NCBI GenBank assembly: GCA_021432655.1
Contig: MU271181.1
Span: 15,189 to 79,188 of the forward strand
Reading direction: 5' to 3'
DNA: 64,000 nt
From: Atractiella rhizophila
Taxonomy: Eukaryota
The notes beneath the pieces were generated by a model. It was not told the origin of the DNA and searched no databases. It saw only the letters and a program-made list of their open reading frames with translations. The translations under genes and the position numbers were made by a program. Below are positions 1 to 14,335 of this stretch, in pieces. Numbering within the stretch: position 1 is the stretch's first letter; every line of letters begins with the position of its first letter.

Positions 1-519
1 CGACCTTTTTAGTCCGTGTTTGCATACTACCTTTACATTGGTCCACTTACCCGCGGCTGACCGTGTCTTGTATTCGTCCCCTGTCCTCCACATTTCGTCG
101 CTACCTCTCACGTTCATCCGTTACAAGTCCAAACGTAGAATATGTTTAGCCACGGGGCAAACGGCCTAACACAGAGAGTAGTGGGTAAACGCAAGGGACG
201 CTTAGCCGTGAGTAAACGTAGGCAGCGGTGAGACTCGGCCCAACGGGTAGGTGGGTAAACACGAGTGTAGTTTGTGAATCGGGTTAACACAGATAAGAGG
301 AGAATAATTGGGGTGTATTAGGGTGACAGTGAAAAGGGGAAAACAAAGAGAATGTACAAAGTGGACGAGAGGAGATGTGAAACACACGTCACAATAAGGC
401 GAACATATATCTAACTTCTCATCACCTCCACTGGAATCTCATAAGAGAATCTAAATAGAGGTGATGTCCAATCAGAGGAGTACAGTATAGCACGGGAATC
501 CAAATAGCGGTGATGTCTA

Positions 520-762
520 CGTAGTCGTTGACACGTATCACAGTCGGCATTGTCCGTTTACCGGCGGTTGCTCTGACACATTACCGAAAATGCACCAGTC
601 TATGTCACATGACCCACCTTCCTAGTCACATAGCCTACTTTCCTGCTTCACAGGTTCACGATTTTACCAATCACCGCCTTCATGGCGGTGCCCTTACACA
701 TGTATATATACATTGAGATGTAGTGGCGACCACAGAGTATTCTCTTAGGTTTATCTACTACA
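520..762 (+). repeat. Possible solo LTR (Copia-like)
   Basis: Runs from cgtagt to actaca (near-inverted ends), contains TATA-like tgtatatata, and is followed by ggtta. Flanks gtcta/ggtta match only 3/5, so this is weak. Confidence 0.25.
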
Positions 763-939
763 GGTTAGTCTTCTCATGCCATATTATTGCTTAGTTTTAT
801 TTCCACTGCAAACGTATTGGCCATAGGTGACTGGACATAGTGTCAGCCCTAACACTTGCTCCTTAGTTTGTTTTCTGTTTCTCCAATCACATATCCTTAC
901 TGTGCTCACACATGCTTGCTTATACATGATTGGGAAACA

Positions 940-1040
940 TGTTGAGACTGGGATTCTTCCTATCACATTGGGAAGCATGAAGAGAAAAAATCTTTGTGAG
1001 GGGATATATATGTCTTTTACATTGTGGGGCACTCATGGGA
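940..1040 (+). repeat. About 100-bp fragment of the Tc1/IS630-like element at 8061-9815
   Basis: gttgagactgggattcttcctatcacattgggaagcatgaagagaaaaaatctttgtgag aligns with about 8335-8440; peptides VETGILPITLGS and VETRILPITLGS. Confidence 0.8.
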
Positions 1041-2380
1041 CCATAGTTGTCATGGTTTGTCGCTTATCTCCAACGGAACATTAGGCAATACTGCAAAAAA
1101 GATATAAGCCACTATTTTCATTTGAAAGCCTTGATAATGCTTGGGTAATTGTACTCTCCTGCTTGAATTTTGAGGTAACCTAATCGATCCATGTATTCAT
1201 CCAAAGAATATAGACTCTGTACCAGTCTTTTCCTTCTCAGCTCAAGTACAAATAGCACAACACAATTGTGGAACCAACATTGTTGCATTATAGTAGTAAC
1301 AAGCACATGTCCTTTTCGTATTTTCAGGTACCTTGTATGGCCTGCTCTCTTCAACCTTGGCAAAAATGCAGCATGATCATCAAGCTTTTGCTGAGCATTC
1401 AAATGATGTTTCTTTTGTTCCCTCTCATTATTTCATGAGCATGTCTTTGCTTCTTCCTTGCAATAATTTTGGTAAGAGTTAAAGGGGCTGGAAAGAGAAT
1501 TCTGTACAATTCATGCCTGAATTGTGAGACACAAACTTATCAGTTTTGAAGATTTGAATGAACAAGACACTTGATCAGGAAGTTATCTTTTCATTTCTCA
1601 GATGTCACCTTTGCGTTTATGCTTAGAGGGCAGGTGCAGGTTGTAATTTTAGATTTTGGATGGGCAGAAGAAAAAGATGGGTTTGAGAAGCTAGTAGCCC
1701 CTCGAGGGGCTCGGATGTAGGTCGGTAAGTGCTGCATGTGTGCAGCAGGAATGTCACCGGATGATCGTGTTTGAGCTCGACAAAGACCCTCCTGAACTTC
1801 GTTCAGGTCGCGGATAAGGATAAGGATGACATATGCAAATTGGAAGATTGAAGGGCAAAGACGCACAATAAAATTATCCGTCGTTCGCATTCCCTGACTC
1901 TCTGTCACCGCACCTGAGCATGATTGCCTGAGTGGAAAAAGATGCAGAGGAGCGCACCACTCATAACTTTTAGAACATCCAATCCGGCAGCAGGGAAGCG
2001 GGAGGCTCTTCTTCCCATGCCCCTTTGAGTCCATGATGGGAGTCAAGCAGGGTGCAATCCATATCAAACAACCTGTGAAATAAAGTGACTGAGCATCAAC
2101 CAAATCATTTCCATTATAGAAGACGAACACGCCAGAGAACTCATATTCTAAAAGAGGAGCTTCGACATCGGGCATTCTGAGTGCCATGAGTGTTTGCGGC
2201 TGCTCGAGGAGATCAGGCGTTCTTATAAGTGCTGATGCACTGATCGCTCTGTTGTTTTTCTCTGCTGCTTTGTTAACCTCAAACAAATGCATTACGCTTG
2301 GCTGAGCTCTTGCAAACGCATGAGCAGCCGTTTGCAAGAGCAGCAGAAACACAAGAACAGGTGTTTATATACATGAGAGC

Positions 2381-3190
2381 TTGTGGCAAATAGAAACTCA
2401 CGCCCCGTCTCCTTCTGGGGCTCAAAGCGGTCTCACTGCTGCTGATGAAGCGGTTCAGCTCTGGAGCGACATTTATGAAAGCAATCTGCCTCCTCCTGAT
2501 CGCCCGCACTTTGATGGTCCTATCTTCGACGAAAAGTGTTGGGGCCTAGGCCACCTCTCTCCTCTTCAGCGATTAGAAGCGCTCTCGCTCGCAATCCAAA
2601 GGGCAAGTCTTTCGGCATTGACGGTCCATGCTCACCTACTCGCCACTCTCTCATGCTTCTCTTCTGATGAGGAGAAGGAGAATGCTCCCACCAGGTTCTT
2701 TTCTCTCACTGACCACCTCTCCTCCCTATTTCGCCTGGTTGCTGCTACTCGTCCTACTCCTTCACGATGGGGTGAACAGGTCATGCCCTTCATCCCAAAA
2801 GGCAAGGATCGTCCTCCAACCGCTGCTGATAGCCGCCCCCTGTCCCTCTTTGTTATGTTTCGGCGTCTTTGGGAAATCCTTTTCCTTCCCGCCCTTTCCA
2901 GCGAGGATCCCTCAAGCTGGAATTTCACACATATGGCCCAGGCTGGGTTCAAAAGAGGGTTCTCCTGCCTATCTAACCTCTTGATTGTCGACTCAGCCGC
3001 GAGAACTCGTCAGCGACCCATAGCGATTTTCCTGGACTTTGAACGCGCCTTCCCGTCAGTCCGTCACGACATTGCTGACGCTAACTTGAAGTCCCGCGGT
3101 GCTCCTTCAGCTATCCGCGAACTCTGCGTCTGAACCTCTTTCTACCATCTCAAGCCCTCCGACTCTTCTGCGGCTCTCGCCTCTGAAACG
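2381..3190 (+). pseudogene. Non-LTR retrotransposon reverse transcriptase fragment (N-terminal RT motifs)
   Basis: IPKGKDRPPTAADSRPLSL, QAGFKRGFSC and IFLDFERAFPSVRH are typical LINE RT motifs. The domain-0 motif KSFGIDG lies in another frame near 2603-2625. The fragment stops before the YADD motif, next to the hAT element. Confidence 0.88.
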
Positions 3191-3246
3191 TTGGCGAAGA
3201 GATTTTCGCCACGGAATAGCCGTGGAACTAGCTACACCAACACCCA

Positions 3247-6200
3247 AAGGGTGGGGTTCGATACGATGGGAGCTGCAGCTGTTGACCCGGAACGAGAGGA
3301 GCTATCGGAATCGTATCGTATCGGATGGGCATCAGTCGATACGCGGCGACTCCGAAGCCGTATCGTATCGTATCGGCACGGTAGGTCAATGTCAACCTCG
3401 TTCGACATGGGTTCCGATACGACTGAGGCGGCGTCAGTCGATCGGTTTACGGCGTCAAGAGAAGGTGGAGGGACAAATGCATGGCTAACTGGTTCAATGC
3501 AAAACTCATAATCATTCCACATCCCAACGGTGTCATGTTCCTGCTCTTCAAGTAACTATGCTCCGACAGTTTCCCCCTCTTTCTGTTTCCGGAGTTCCTC
3601 CAGCTTCCTCAACAGGGCTCTCCGTTCCCCTGTCCGATCTAATGCAAGCTTTGCCTTCGTGATAATCAAGGTCCCAATAGTAGATGGCATTAGGCGGTGC
3701 CTTCGGATCCCGATTGTGTCCCTTGCACCTGAGAATACTCGCTCAACACCAACGGCACACCCTTTGAAGCAATCGATGAGCTAGCAATCCAGTGGACACA
3801 AGAGAGGCATCAAAGGACAAACCAGGGATAGACAGTATATCTCTTGCCATATGAGATCATGCTGGCATTGCCTCTGCTCGATTCCGGTACCACTCAAAGA
3901 TGTCAGCTGAAGCAGGGAGTTGACGTTGTTGCATGTAGTACTCAACCTCTCGCCTCGCTTCGATGTCTGCTAAAGCATTCTGCCCTTCGAGGTCACTGTC
4001 ATTGATATGACTGTCATTAAAGGCGTCGTCGAGATAAGATCCGGTAGACTTCAGTTCTGTAGATGTGTTCGGAGGCTGAACAGAGAAGCCTTGGCCGTAT
4101 TTCGGAAAGTATTTGGTTTTGAATAATTCGATGAGATTGAGCTTGTGCTGCTCGACAGCAGCCTTTTCGAATTCGGTAAAAATTGAGCGCTGAAAAAATG
4201 TGGGCCCAAGTCGAGGATCAAGAACTACTCCCATTGTGAAGATCAGTAAATTGATGAATGGAGTAAGGATTATCAGCCACGAATGTATGAGCACTTACGA
4301 GCAGCATAAACATAGTAGGGGGAATCGTCTGAACGATAATGGTATTCGGCAAGCTTTGTGTGTGCTTCAACAAGACCAATTCGGTATTCCTTGGAGAGGT
4401 CAGGAGGGAAGGCTATGATTATCTTCTTTAGGTGATTTAGCAAGCCATGGTCCTGGAGGAGGGTGAATGAAAGACAGGGAGTTGAAGTTGTTGACATGCG
4501 AATTGTTGCATCTCTGAATGCCTGCAGCCACTTGCAAACAATCTTGACTCCTTCCCAATCAGCTTCAGACAGGCATTAATCCTTGTCCAGTTCATAATGT
4601 TTGCAATATCGGTCAATAGCAGGTCTGCATCTGTTAGCTAGATCCAACATCTCGTGGGTTGAGCCCCAACGAGTTCGGACATCAAGAATCAACATTCTCA
4701 GTGTAGTGCGGGACATACTCTCTAGCTCAGTTAAAGCTTTCTCAAGCTCCTGGAGCCAGCTGTTGCGACGATTTGGGGAACTACGGATGCCTCTTATTAA
4801 AGTGCGAAGGTGACAACTGGGACTCAGATTCACAGTTCAAATGGAAAAGGGAAGAAATGATAGACATACTTTAGGGATAGCGCCTTTGAAGGAACTGATC
4901 TCATCCTCCAAATACTCATCCTCCGCCCTTGCCGCATCATCGTGAACTGCTCCAACTTTCTCTGTTACACATTCTTGATAACCTTTGCTTCGCTTCTTCC
5001 TCTTTCCATCAGAATCAGGTTTAGCCCACACTCCAAGGGAATCAAGGAGGGCAAGGACAGCAAGATGGATGATGTGGGGGAAGCATCGAATCCGTCGCTC
5101 CTTTGCATCAAACGGAATGCCTCGAGAAGCAAATTTTTGAGCAAGAGCAGACATCATCGTGTTGTTGTTAGATGCATTGTCTGAGGTAATGCAACCAATC
5201 TGTTATTTATCCAATGCATCAGCGCATACAATGCGAGTGGAAGACAAACCTTTGAAGCAATTCTAAGTCCATGATGCATTTCCACACTACCTCTGCCATA
5301 TTCTCACCGGTATGCGAACCTTGAAGCTCTGCGAAGTCAAGAACGACTTCAACGAGGTCCCAATCACGGTTGATGTAAGTACCAGTGATGCAGAGAAAGG
5401 GAAACCATTCTCAGAGGTCCAGGCATCTAGAGCAAGATTGATCGTTGTGTCTGCCTCCTGTACCCACTCAATTAAAATAGCTCACAAACAGCTATGAAAT
5501 ACGCACCATTACCTCTTTCTTAAGATCACACATGACAGTGGCACCTTTTTTCATCACGTCCTCCCTCAATCTCTTCCTCATTGGCAGTTTCATGGACTTT
5601 GCATCCGCACCATTGAGATTTGCTTCTTCATCACTCATACCCCCCTCATCATCGCTATTCCAGGACAACACTTTAGGAAGTGTAACCTTGTGTTCAGGTT
5701 TCATGGTCGGGTAAGTGTACTGGAGGCAGTTGAGGAGGTCACGGAAGTGTGGATTTTCGACAAGCTGAAAAGGCTGATCGGTGGTTATGAAAAAATTAAT
5801 CAGTAAGTTTTAGAACTTTGTCTGATCGAAACCCTGTAACTGAGAAGTAAGTAAAAGCAGTGCACGATAGAGAGAAGAATGACGTACCTGATCCCCAAAG
5901 CGAGCCATGCCCTGCAGCTGATCAAGGATGTCAAGCTGACTCTCAGATCTTTTGTCCTCACCAATTGTTATCTGTCAAGGCATAAAGATAAGTATTGCGA
6001 TAAATAATGAAAGAATGCAGACCGGAATCTCATTGCCTGCCTTCTTCTTTTCCTCCTCCGATATTGGCACTTTGTCTTCATACTTTTTCTTTAACAACTT
6101 TAAGAGGGGACCGGTGGCCTTGACATGGCATGGGGATCCGGTAAGATGATCCTCGAGATGGGTGAGTTTTCCGTTGCTGCTTTTGGTGATCTGATTTGTC

Positions 6201-7595
6201 CACCGACAGTGCTTGCATTTGACGTAGGTTGTTCCTGTCTTGTGTCCATTTTATATGTCAGGATGCGCATCGGACTTTGAAATGACGGAGTAGAAGAGCC
6301 AGACAGGGTTTCTCCTCTTCGACTTAGTCTAAGAATGCATCAGAGAGATCATAAGCTAATATGAATAGAACTTAATTACTTGATTGTTCATTTGATTATC
6401 GTCTGCAGCGACTTCTCGTCCAAGCGGATTAAGTGTTGAGACTGATACCGTGTTAATGGTAAAAATCTGTTCCCAGAAACATTTCGTCAGCGAGCACAAA
6501 ACAAAGGGAAGACAAACCATTGTTCGGGTACTCCTATTGCCCTTTGGATTCACCTTCTTGTTCTGTTCCAGTGATTCTGCCAACTCAACATCATCAATCT
6601 CCATCCCAATGGGATCTTCCTCGTCCTCGCCCAAGGCATTGCTATCATCCTTTGCAGGATCATATTCTGTGTCACTCCCCCGACATTGTCAACCAGCCCT
6701 TCAGCAGCAAGTACTGCATGGATCTGATGTGCAACGGCACAGATAGAATCCTTTCGTGCATTGAGGAGATAGGTTGGTATGGAGGAGTCGTCAACTTGGA
6801 GGAGTTTCAGCCACAGGACTCGAAGCGCGATGAGTCCCTGTTTTCCTCCAATATCACCAAGACCGGGGCGCCAGAGAGAGAAGGTGTGATGAATGGGCTC
6901 CTCATCGTCCTCATGAAGCGAAGCAACTTGATGAATGAGATTCTGACAAGCAACGAAGAGCTTCGCCATGCTCTATAAACTCCTCATCAGCAAAGGAAAG
7001 GGTGGACATTGACAAAAACACACATATTTTGGGTCTGGTTGGAGGGTGTGCGAGGCTGCAAGCAAGATCTTCAGCTCAGCATAGCCTGGTATCTTTTGGT
7101 GCCTTCATGCACATATCAATCACTGAGCCTTTCAAGAAGGAAATAACAGCCTACTCTGATTCCTCATCCTTCCGCCTCTTGGACTGGCTCAGTGCAGTTC
7201 CATCCTCATTGTTCCTCTTCGCAATATCCACTGAAGTGCGGGACCGTTTTCCTAGCCCAAGAAAGTCCTCCAATGTTGCCATGAGCTTGAGATCAATTGA
7301 ATGGAAAGAGGCATATGATGGGGAAGAGCTATATAGAGCGGAGGATACAAAAAGGTCGTGACGACGGAAGTGAGGCTCAGTGAGGACTTGAGGACTTGTT
7401 ATTGATACCATCACCCAAAATCATGAATCGCGGATCGTATCGAATCGTAAAAAGTGTGGCCTGGCAGTTCGATGGATGCTGTGAATCGTATCGAGCCGAA
7501 TCGACAATCGCCATTCTTCAAAACCTTCGAACGATGTACGATAAGGCATCGGAGCTGGCGGAGCTGCTATGATTCGACTTCGATAGCCATCCCTA
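3247..7595 (-). mobile_element. hAT DNA transposon (hAT-1), near full length
   Basis: The right end at 7581-7595 reads tagggatggctatcg on the minus strand. The left end (aagggtggggttcg, about 3247) is degenerate. CpG-rich subterminal tatcg/gaatcg repeats occur at both ends, and the interior encodes a transposase. No intact TSD. Confidence 0.88.
3556..7282 (-). pseudogene. Multi-exon hAT transposase with BED finger, carrying in-frame stops
   Basis: BED finger CKHC...HLEDH; catalytic motifs LALDAWTS, TSDNASNN, RCFPHIIHL, DVRTRWGSTHEML and GCAVGVERVFSGARDTIG. In-frame TAA codons near 6251 and 4576. Confidence 0.9.
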
Positions 7596-8060
7596 GTCAC
7601 GGAAACCTTTAATACTGCTAATCCACCTGACTAGTGCCCCGTACGTTTTGTCTGTGGGTTCAGGGGATCCAAACTCGAATTTTATCGGTATGTGTGAAGG
7701 GTGACGGGTTAGGATTACTTGATCACCCCATTTGGAGAGAAGAACTATGGCACCTGTTGTCAGGATTTGGTCATGGCTTGGAGTGGTTGGTGTTTCTTGC
7801 AGGCTGACAAGACCTAGCCTCAAGAGATGCATAAGTTGTCGTCTGGTGTTGAGATAAATGAGCTAGAAATGGTTCTTAGACAATGATAATTTCCAAGTTT
7901 TGCCCATATCAGAGAAGAATTTTCATCGTTTCTGATCAAACACTTTGAGAGTCCTCATGCTTCTTTTGAGCTTGGACACCCTTGTCCATATATTATAATA
8001 ACCACAACACTGTCCGCTCTCTCTTCTTTAAAGTTGCTCAGTAAAAATTCAGTTTGCAGG

Positions 8061-9815
8061 ATGTCCAAGCGGCAACGAAACGACTCTAACAGTAGTCAAT
8101 CTTCAGAAGAAAGTCAAAGAAGACCCTATTCTCAAGCAATTGAGATAGATGATGATGAGAGTGATGCAGTTTAGCTGACTGCTCGAAAGTGCCACCCTGA
8201 TCTGCCCAAATCCGCTAACATCAAAGTTGATAAGACATTCAAGGCTTGGGAAGATAAAGACATCATTAGTATGTACTTGTTTGAAGTACGATTGTGCAGA
8301 GCATAAACTGATTAGATTTTTCTCAGACTTTGATGTTGAGACTAGGATTCTTCCTATCACACTGGGAAGTGTGAAGGGAAAAAATCCTTGTGAGGAGGGT
8401 ATATGTGTATTTTACATTGCGGGGCATTGCGGGGCATGGTCGATGGACCCAATGGAACTTGCTGGATTCCACGTTAACACGATGGTCCCACTTGCACTTG
8501 AGAAGTATGCAAAGCAAACAATACAGGAAGAGATACCGAAAGGATTGAGAAAGGACCTGGAAGTGGAGCTGTTTCCTCATATTCGATTCAAGCCAGGACC
8601 AAAAGGAATATCATTGAGGATGGCCAGGAGATGGCTGAGGAAAGAGGGATTTCAGTGGACATATTACAAGAAGGGTCTCTACTTTGAGTAAGCTCTTACT
8701 CTGTGTACAGCTTAGCTGATGTCTTCCAGTGGTCATGACAGACCAGATGTCATCAAGTATTGGCAGGACATCTTTATCCCTACCTTTGAAAGATACCTCC
8801 CCCAACTACGCTAGTATGAAGTTAGTAATATAATGAAGGAGGTCATCAAGGACCTTCCTCCAGATACATGCCAAGTTGTCCTTGTCTCTCACACTTCTCA
8901 TGGGTGCTGGATGGACAATCCCAATTCGGAAGAAGGGGCAAGGCCATGGTTTGCACCGGTCAGACTTCATCTAGGTGAGCAGTTAGAGTATGGGAAGAAT
9001 CATGAAGGATACTGGAATGCAGAGAAACTTGCTGAACAGGTCTATCTTCCTTGCTCTTGACTGTCCTTATTGATGATTAGTGGCATCCATCAGATACACA
9101 GGTTGTGAAAAAGGTCATTCCTGTTTTTGAATGATTGTATCCAGGAGACCAGGCTCTTCTAATGTTTGATAACTCAACTGGGCATGTAACCCTTGCAAAA
9201 GATGCTCTTAATACTAAGCATATGAATGTCGGACATGGTATGTGCTTCATTCACTGGAGGGATCTGCAGATATCAGGAATCACTGATCTTTTAGCAGGAG
9301 GTGCCCAAGCAAAGCTGAGGAATGGCTGGTGGGTGGATGTGAGGGGGGAGAGACATACTGAACAGATAGTATATGAAGATGGAACACCAAAGGGAATGAA
9401 GGTGGTCCTCCAGGAGAGAAACCCTGGCTCCCCAGCTTGTGAGAAAAGTGTAAAGAGGTTACCGACCATTGTGATGATCACATGTGTTGTGCAGGTGGGC
9501 CACATCCATTTTTCTCTGTGCTTTTGCTTACTATTGCATCAGAGAGATGGCTTGCTGCACAGCCTGATTTCAGGAGCAAAAGCCGCTTGTACAGGAGATC
9601 CTTGAGCAGAAGGGGACACCAAGCAATTTTCTTACTGAAGTTTCACTATGAACTGAATTTCATTGAATTCTTCTGGGGAGCAATGAAATGATACATCAGG
9701 GGTTAGCTGCATTCGTCTCCTTTCAGTTTCTAGCTGACTCAAGGGAGCAGAAAATTGTGATTATACCTTTGAAGGGTTGAAGAAGACAGTTCCAGAGGGA
9801 ATGTGCTCAGTGCCT
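8061..9815 (+). mobile_element. Decayed fungal Tc1/mariner (IS630, DDE_3-type) transposase
   Basis: RMARRWLRKEGF..YKKGLYF, GHDRPDVIKY, YGKNHEGYW, FDNSTGH, PKGMKVVLQER, KFHYELNFIEFFWGAMK and NCDYTFEGLKKTVP. The expected first catalytic HDE motif is missing after VLVSH, and there are several stops. Confidence 0.85.
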
Positions 9816-12800
9816 TGTTACAAACATATTCTTATGCTTCCTTCACAATTTAATTAGACTAATCTATTCTTGCAAAATTGTGCATCATAACATTCTTTCT
9901 TATGTACTTGAACAGTTTCTCGAACTCAAACTAGCCAAAAAAAAAAAAGGCTGGAAAATTTGGAACAAAATTCATCAACTATCATCAATGAGTCATACTA
10001 AAACAATGTTGTTCGGACTAGGTGACCTTCGCCATATCACACTGCTGACAGTGAGCATCAGCTAAAGTAAGATACCTCTAGTCAATGCTGTACAGTGTTT
10101 TTCTGAATCGAGTTGATTTTTGTACTCAGACTATTGATCAAACACTCGGACGAAGCGCCAACCACAAGTGGTAGACTGTTTCACACAACTTGACACAAGT
10201 TTGGGCCCAAACTGAACATATATGATTGCATTTGACATACTTAGACAATCCAGACAACAATTTAGTTCTCCATCGATGCTGCCTCTGGCAGCAACAGAAG
10301 CACCCCAGGCAAGTCACTTGCAAAGGTAATTGTTGTTATTGTAGAACGGGAATTATATTCTTCAGTGTTTTACAGGCTTTATATACTTTGTAAGACATTA
10401 TTCTAGAATCTTCAAGAAAAGTAAGATAAAGAAAAAGCGAGAACTTGTGGCAAAAGGGAACATTCTAGAATTGCCACTCAAGTGAGATGGCAGGATGAAT
10501 CATGAACGACAACAGTAATTCAACCACCAATCTTGCCCAAAGCAAAACTGGCGGCCTGGTTTTGATATGTGCTGACGACGACGAGATGGTCGTTGATGTT
10601 CCCACCCCGTGCGCTATTGCAGGGATCACTCGCTAAATTATTGAAGGGAGGTGGCGGTGGGAACGCACCAAACGGGATCATTCACCAGGCAGTAGCTCTG
10701 CAACACGGACGAGAAAGCATTCAGTGCTCCAGGGCCACGAGGGGAAAGCCAACTCCTGGTATATGGTAGGCGGCATCAGATTTGCGGGGAGATGTAGCGT
10801 TGCGCACCTTGCATCCCCCGTGCCAGCGTTTTAAGGTTGGTTCGCCGTGTGTGTTGGCTGAATTTGGTCATGTTAAGCCTTTCCTACGTACAAATAGAAG
10901 AAAGACTTACATCGGCGAAAAGTATAGCAGCTTTGACTGCCCCAGCCGACATCCATCAAGTATTGCGTCGTGAAGGAAGAACTATTAAAAACTTACTGAG
11001 ATCTGTTCCCGTGCTCCTTGATTGTAGCACATCAGCTACCACCTGCGCTCCTTGACTATAACCCATGACGACTATCTAATCCTCGATCAGTAGTAGGTAA
11101 ATGATTGATTAGAAAATCTATACTTTTTACACAGGGCAACTAGCCTTTGCGGTCGCTAATTGCGCTCTCAGCAATGCGACTCCCTGAGATTCAGACTGGT
11201 TGTAATTTTACCCGCTAGCGGGGTAAGGCACGTCGTAGATGGTAAAAGATTGCCTGGTCTGGCTATGGATGGCATTCTCTACTGCCCAGGTATGGTTTCA
11301 TCTGATCCTCGCAGCGCTGTTCCCATGTATCAGTATACACGAGAAAACTGAGGTGCAGGGTAACGTGCACAATATCTTCACTGCGGTGCAGCCCTGTCGC
11401 TCTTCCAGTTTGGAGGCAGGGTCAGCAGACGGAGCGCCGCTGCTGATTATGAGGATGGAGAAAACGCAGATAAGAGAGCGAAGAGACACCATGTTGTCGT
11501 TTGCTCGTTGCGGTGCTGCAGAATAGGCGAGAAAGTCGCTTTTATGCGTTTTTCGTCTCCTTACAAGGAAAAATGGAAGAACCATGCTCCAGCTCCCTCA
11601 TGCAGTCGAGAGTGTAGGCATGCGGTCGTCCCACCATCGCCATCACGACTTCTCATCGCTGGATGGGAAGTCATCTCTTCTGTTAGCTCGGAGTACTTGT
11701 ACACAGCGAGGTGACGGTGATCCGGTGGAAATGATTACCGGCTTTAGGGGTAGGAGCATGTTTGCACAATTGACAGCTGAAGCCATCGGGCTCGAGCTGC
11801 AACCATCGGCTGCAGCTGTACCGAGCAACGACTCCAAAGTGCCGACGTCACCCCTCGTTTTTCGTTGTGGATACAGATGGGACCCTTGCTGGTGCGCAAG
11901 GCGTGGAACACTGTGTGGATGGACTGAATGGAGGACACAGGCTGCCGAGTCGCGAAAGTGGGACTGAATATACGACTACCTCGGAAGCTAGCATTGGCAT
12001 GTGACCCCCTCGCTTCTCCACGATACTTGTGACATTGGATCAAGCAGCAGCCCTGTGGAAGTGAGGCATGTCGAGTCGACCATGTATTCGGTTGGATTGA
12101 GCGAGAGGTTGGGATAAATTACGGAGTAACCAATGCGGGACAAAGTCACGAATGATAATTGACCTAATCAAGCACCTCTCTTTCAAGACTTTTGCGCTCT
12201 AAAGATATTTCAACCTAAATGCGGAGAGGAAAACGGGGACTCACTGTAAAGGGCAGCCACATTGCAGCAGCAGTGCGGAGTTCTGCCACATTATTCCTGA
12301 CACTTCCTTGCAGAAGTCAGCAGGTTAAGGTCTCACAAGATACATGTCGAACCAACTCTGACCTCTGGGTTGCCAGACATGAGGACTTTATCCACGTTCC
12401 GATTCGCCCGCATATCTCTTTGAGATTTTGTCGGGCTCAGTGCCAGTTTGTTATGAGGCAATGCAAGCATGCAACAATTTCCACTTTCAGATAACACCAA
12501 GTGACGGTGGAAGTTATTTGCAGTCAAAACATGAAAGGCGTGGAAACGACGAACATAAATATATCTGGACATGAGTTGATGTCGTGCATGCTAGTAACGG
12601 TTGGAATCCTACCGAGCAGAGATGGTTACCATCAGGCATGATGTGAAGAGATTTGTACGCCTCCTCCCATTGCTGCTCGCGGACCTTCTGGATGCCTCAA
12701 TCGTGAGCCCAAACAATGAGGCTGACGAAACCACTCAACTTGGAAAGTTGAAATTGAGGAAATATGACACCCCGAGAGCTCACGCAAGAGCGAGAGCGGT

Positions 12801-13053
12801 AGCAGAAACTGATCAGATTGCTGTTCGCCGCGCCGTTCTCATCACGAAGTTACTCTCTTAATCAAAACAGCGGATAACCTCTACGACTCTAAAGTATCGG
12901 GTTCATCTAGATATCTTTTCTTCGTTCTGTCACTCTGATGAACCTCAGGTTCAACATATCTCTGTTTTCATTTCAATTTGAAGCCGTGCTCTTACATTGA
13001 GGTTTTGTCCGATCTTGATTTTGATTTATTGGTTTATATGCCCCTCCCCCCTT

Positions 13054-13228
13054 TAGCCATCGCGACGTCAGTCATCCCTTCATCGCAATTACGCTATTGG
13101 GTACTGCATTTGGTTTCGTTAGGGGGAAGTGATGTTGACCTTTGGTGATGTAGTTTACATTGGGTTCCCAGAGCTACGTTGACTACAGTCTGACGGCTCT
13201 TTAATATGACTACAATGACAATAACAAA
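13054..13228 (+). mobile_element. LINE-derived 3' end (stem-loop plus degenerate CAA tail)
   Basis: tagccatcgcga (13054-13065) and agagctacgttgactacagtctgacggctct..aatatga match the 3' UTR of the LINE at 35354-36730. Confidence 0.75.
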
Positions 13229-14335
13229 ATACTTATAACAAAACGGAATGTACTTTTCTGCTTGGAGTGGTGCCTTTCTGCGTTCAAATAAGACATGAAA
13301 GGGGAGGAAAACATATTTGTTGACGCGCATATCAACTTCACAGCATCTGAGGCGTCATTTCGCCGCCTATCCAACCATCAGCTCCGCTCCTAAGTGTAGA
13401 CAACAAAACGATTTACCCTCGCTCTCTCTGTGCATATCTATCAGAATTTCGGCTGTTCTCTTGACGATGTCTCCATCGGGCAAAGAAGCTGTATTGGCAG
13501 GGTCGAGGAAGAAGTCGCGAAGGTTTTCCCACGTTAGCAGTTGTACGTGACCACCTGGGTTGGATGGATAGACGTATATGCCTTCGTGGGAGAAAGACAG
13601 GGGAGAAGGTTCTGTTTCTACATATGGAAAAGAAACTCAGCTTTTTGAGGAGGTGGGACGGAAAAGGCTCGCGAGAAGACAAGCTCATGAGTTTTCAGTG
13701 GCTGGAAATGCCTTTGGTGGTTGATCTTGCTGATTGCGATGTTTTGAGAGGCAATAGATCGAGTAAGAGGCTGTTTATATCCTTCGAACTGCAGTGTCGC
13801 TCGTTGAGCTCGTCTACAGTTCGTACGGGAGCTACGCGTGAGCGAATCACAGACAACGTCAGCTGACAGGTACACCGCAGCAAACAAACCTCTAAACAAA
13901 CCTCTCAATGAAGAGAGCCTGAGTTGGGCTCATTACGTTGAATATGATAACCCCAAAGCATTAGTCTGTAAGTGTAAGATGCCAGAAGTGTAAGATGCCA
14001 GCGTGAGCTCACGCTGCATATCAACAACGGAGTGTGCAGACAAGTACAGAAGCAAAACTATTAAAGCGAAAATGCACACATACGCAAGAACAAACGTTGG
14101 GCGCCAAACGGTGCCCTCAGGCATCCCCCTGACGCCTGAAAGGAGTTTTTTGCCCCTTGAACTGAACCACAGCGCGACTGTAGGGAGCGAGAGCTCGCCT
14201 ATGGCGAGCACTATGAAAGAGAGAAGACATCAACATGGTGAATGTGTGAGCCTTACATGATAAAATGTATACTCTGACCAAGAGTCGAACCCCGTGAGCG
14301 GATTGCGTCGGGATCTGCCTCGGAGATGAACAGAC

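Noticed and set aside
1591..2352. 253-aa minus-strand ORF, and a plus-strand ILDFG kinase-like word near 1645
   Set aside because: No further recognisable motifs on either strand, so no product can be assigned.
3191..3522. Overlapping ORFs with repetitive SYR/YD peptides
   Set aside because: These are translations of hAT subterminal tatcg repeats, not genes.
3208..7603. gccacgga (3208-3215) and gtcacgga (7596-7603) as the hAT-1 TSD
   Set aside because: They match 7/8, but the left octamer lies about 30 bp outside the TIR-like sequence and is not followed by a TAGGG end.
10560..14260. Many short ORFs, including a hydrophobic one at 13933-14211
   Set aside because: These may be gene relics, but no coherent gene model or motif could be supported.
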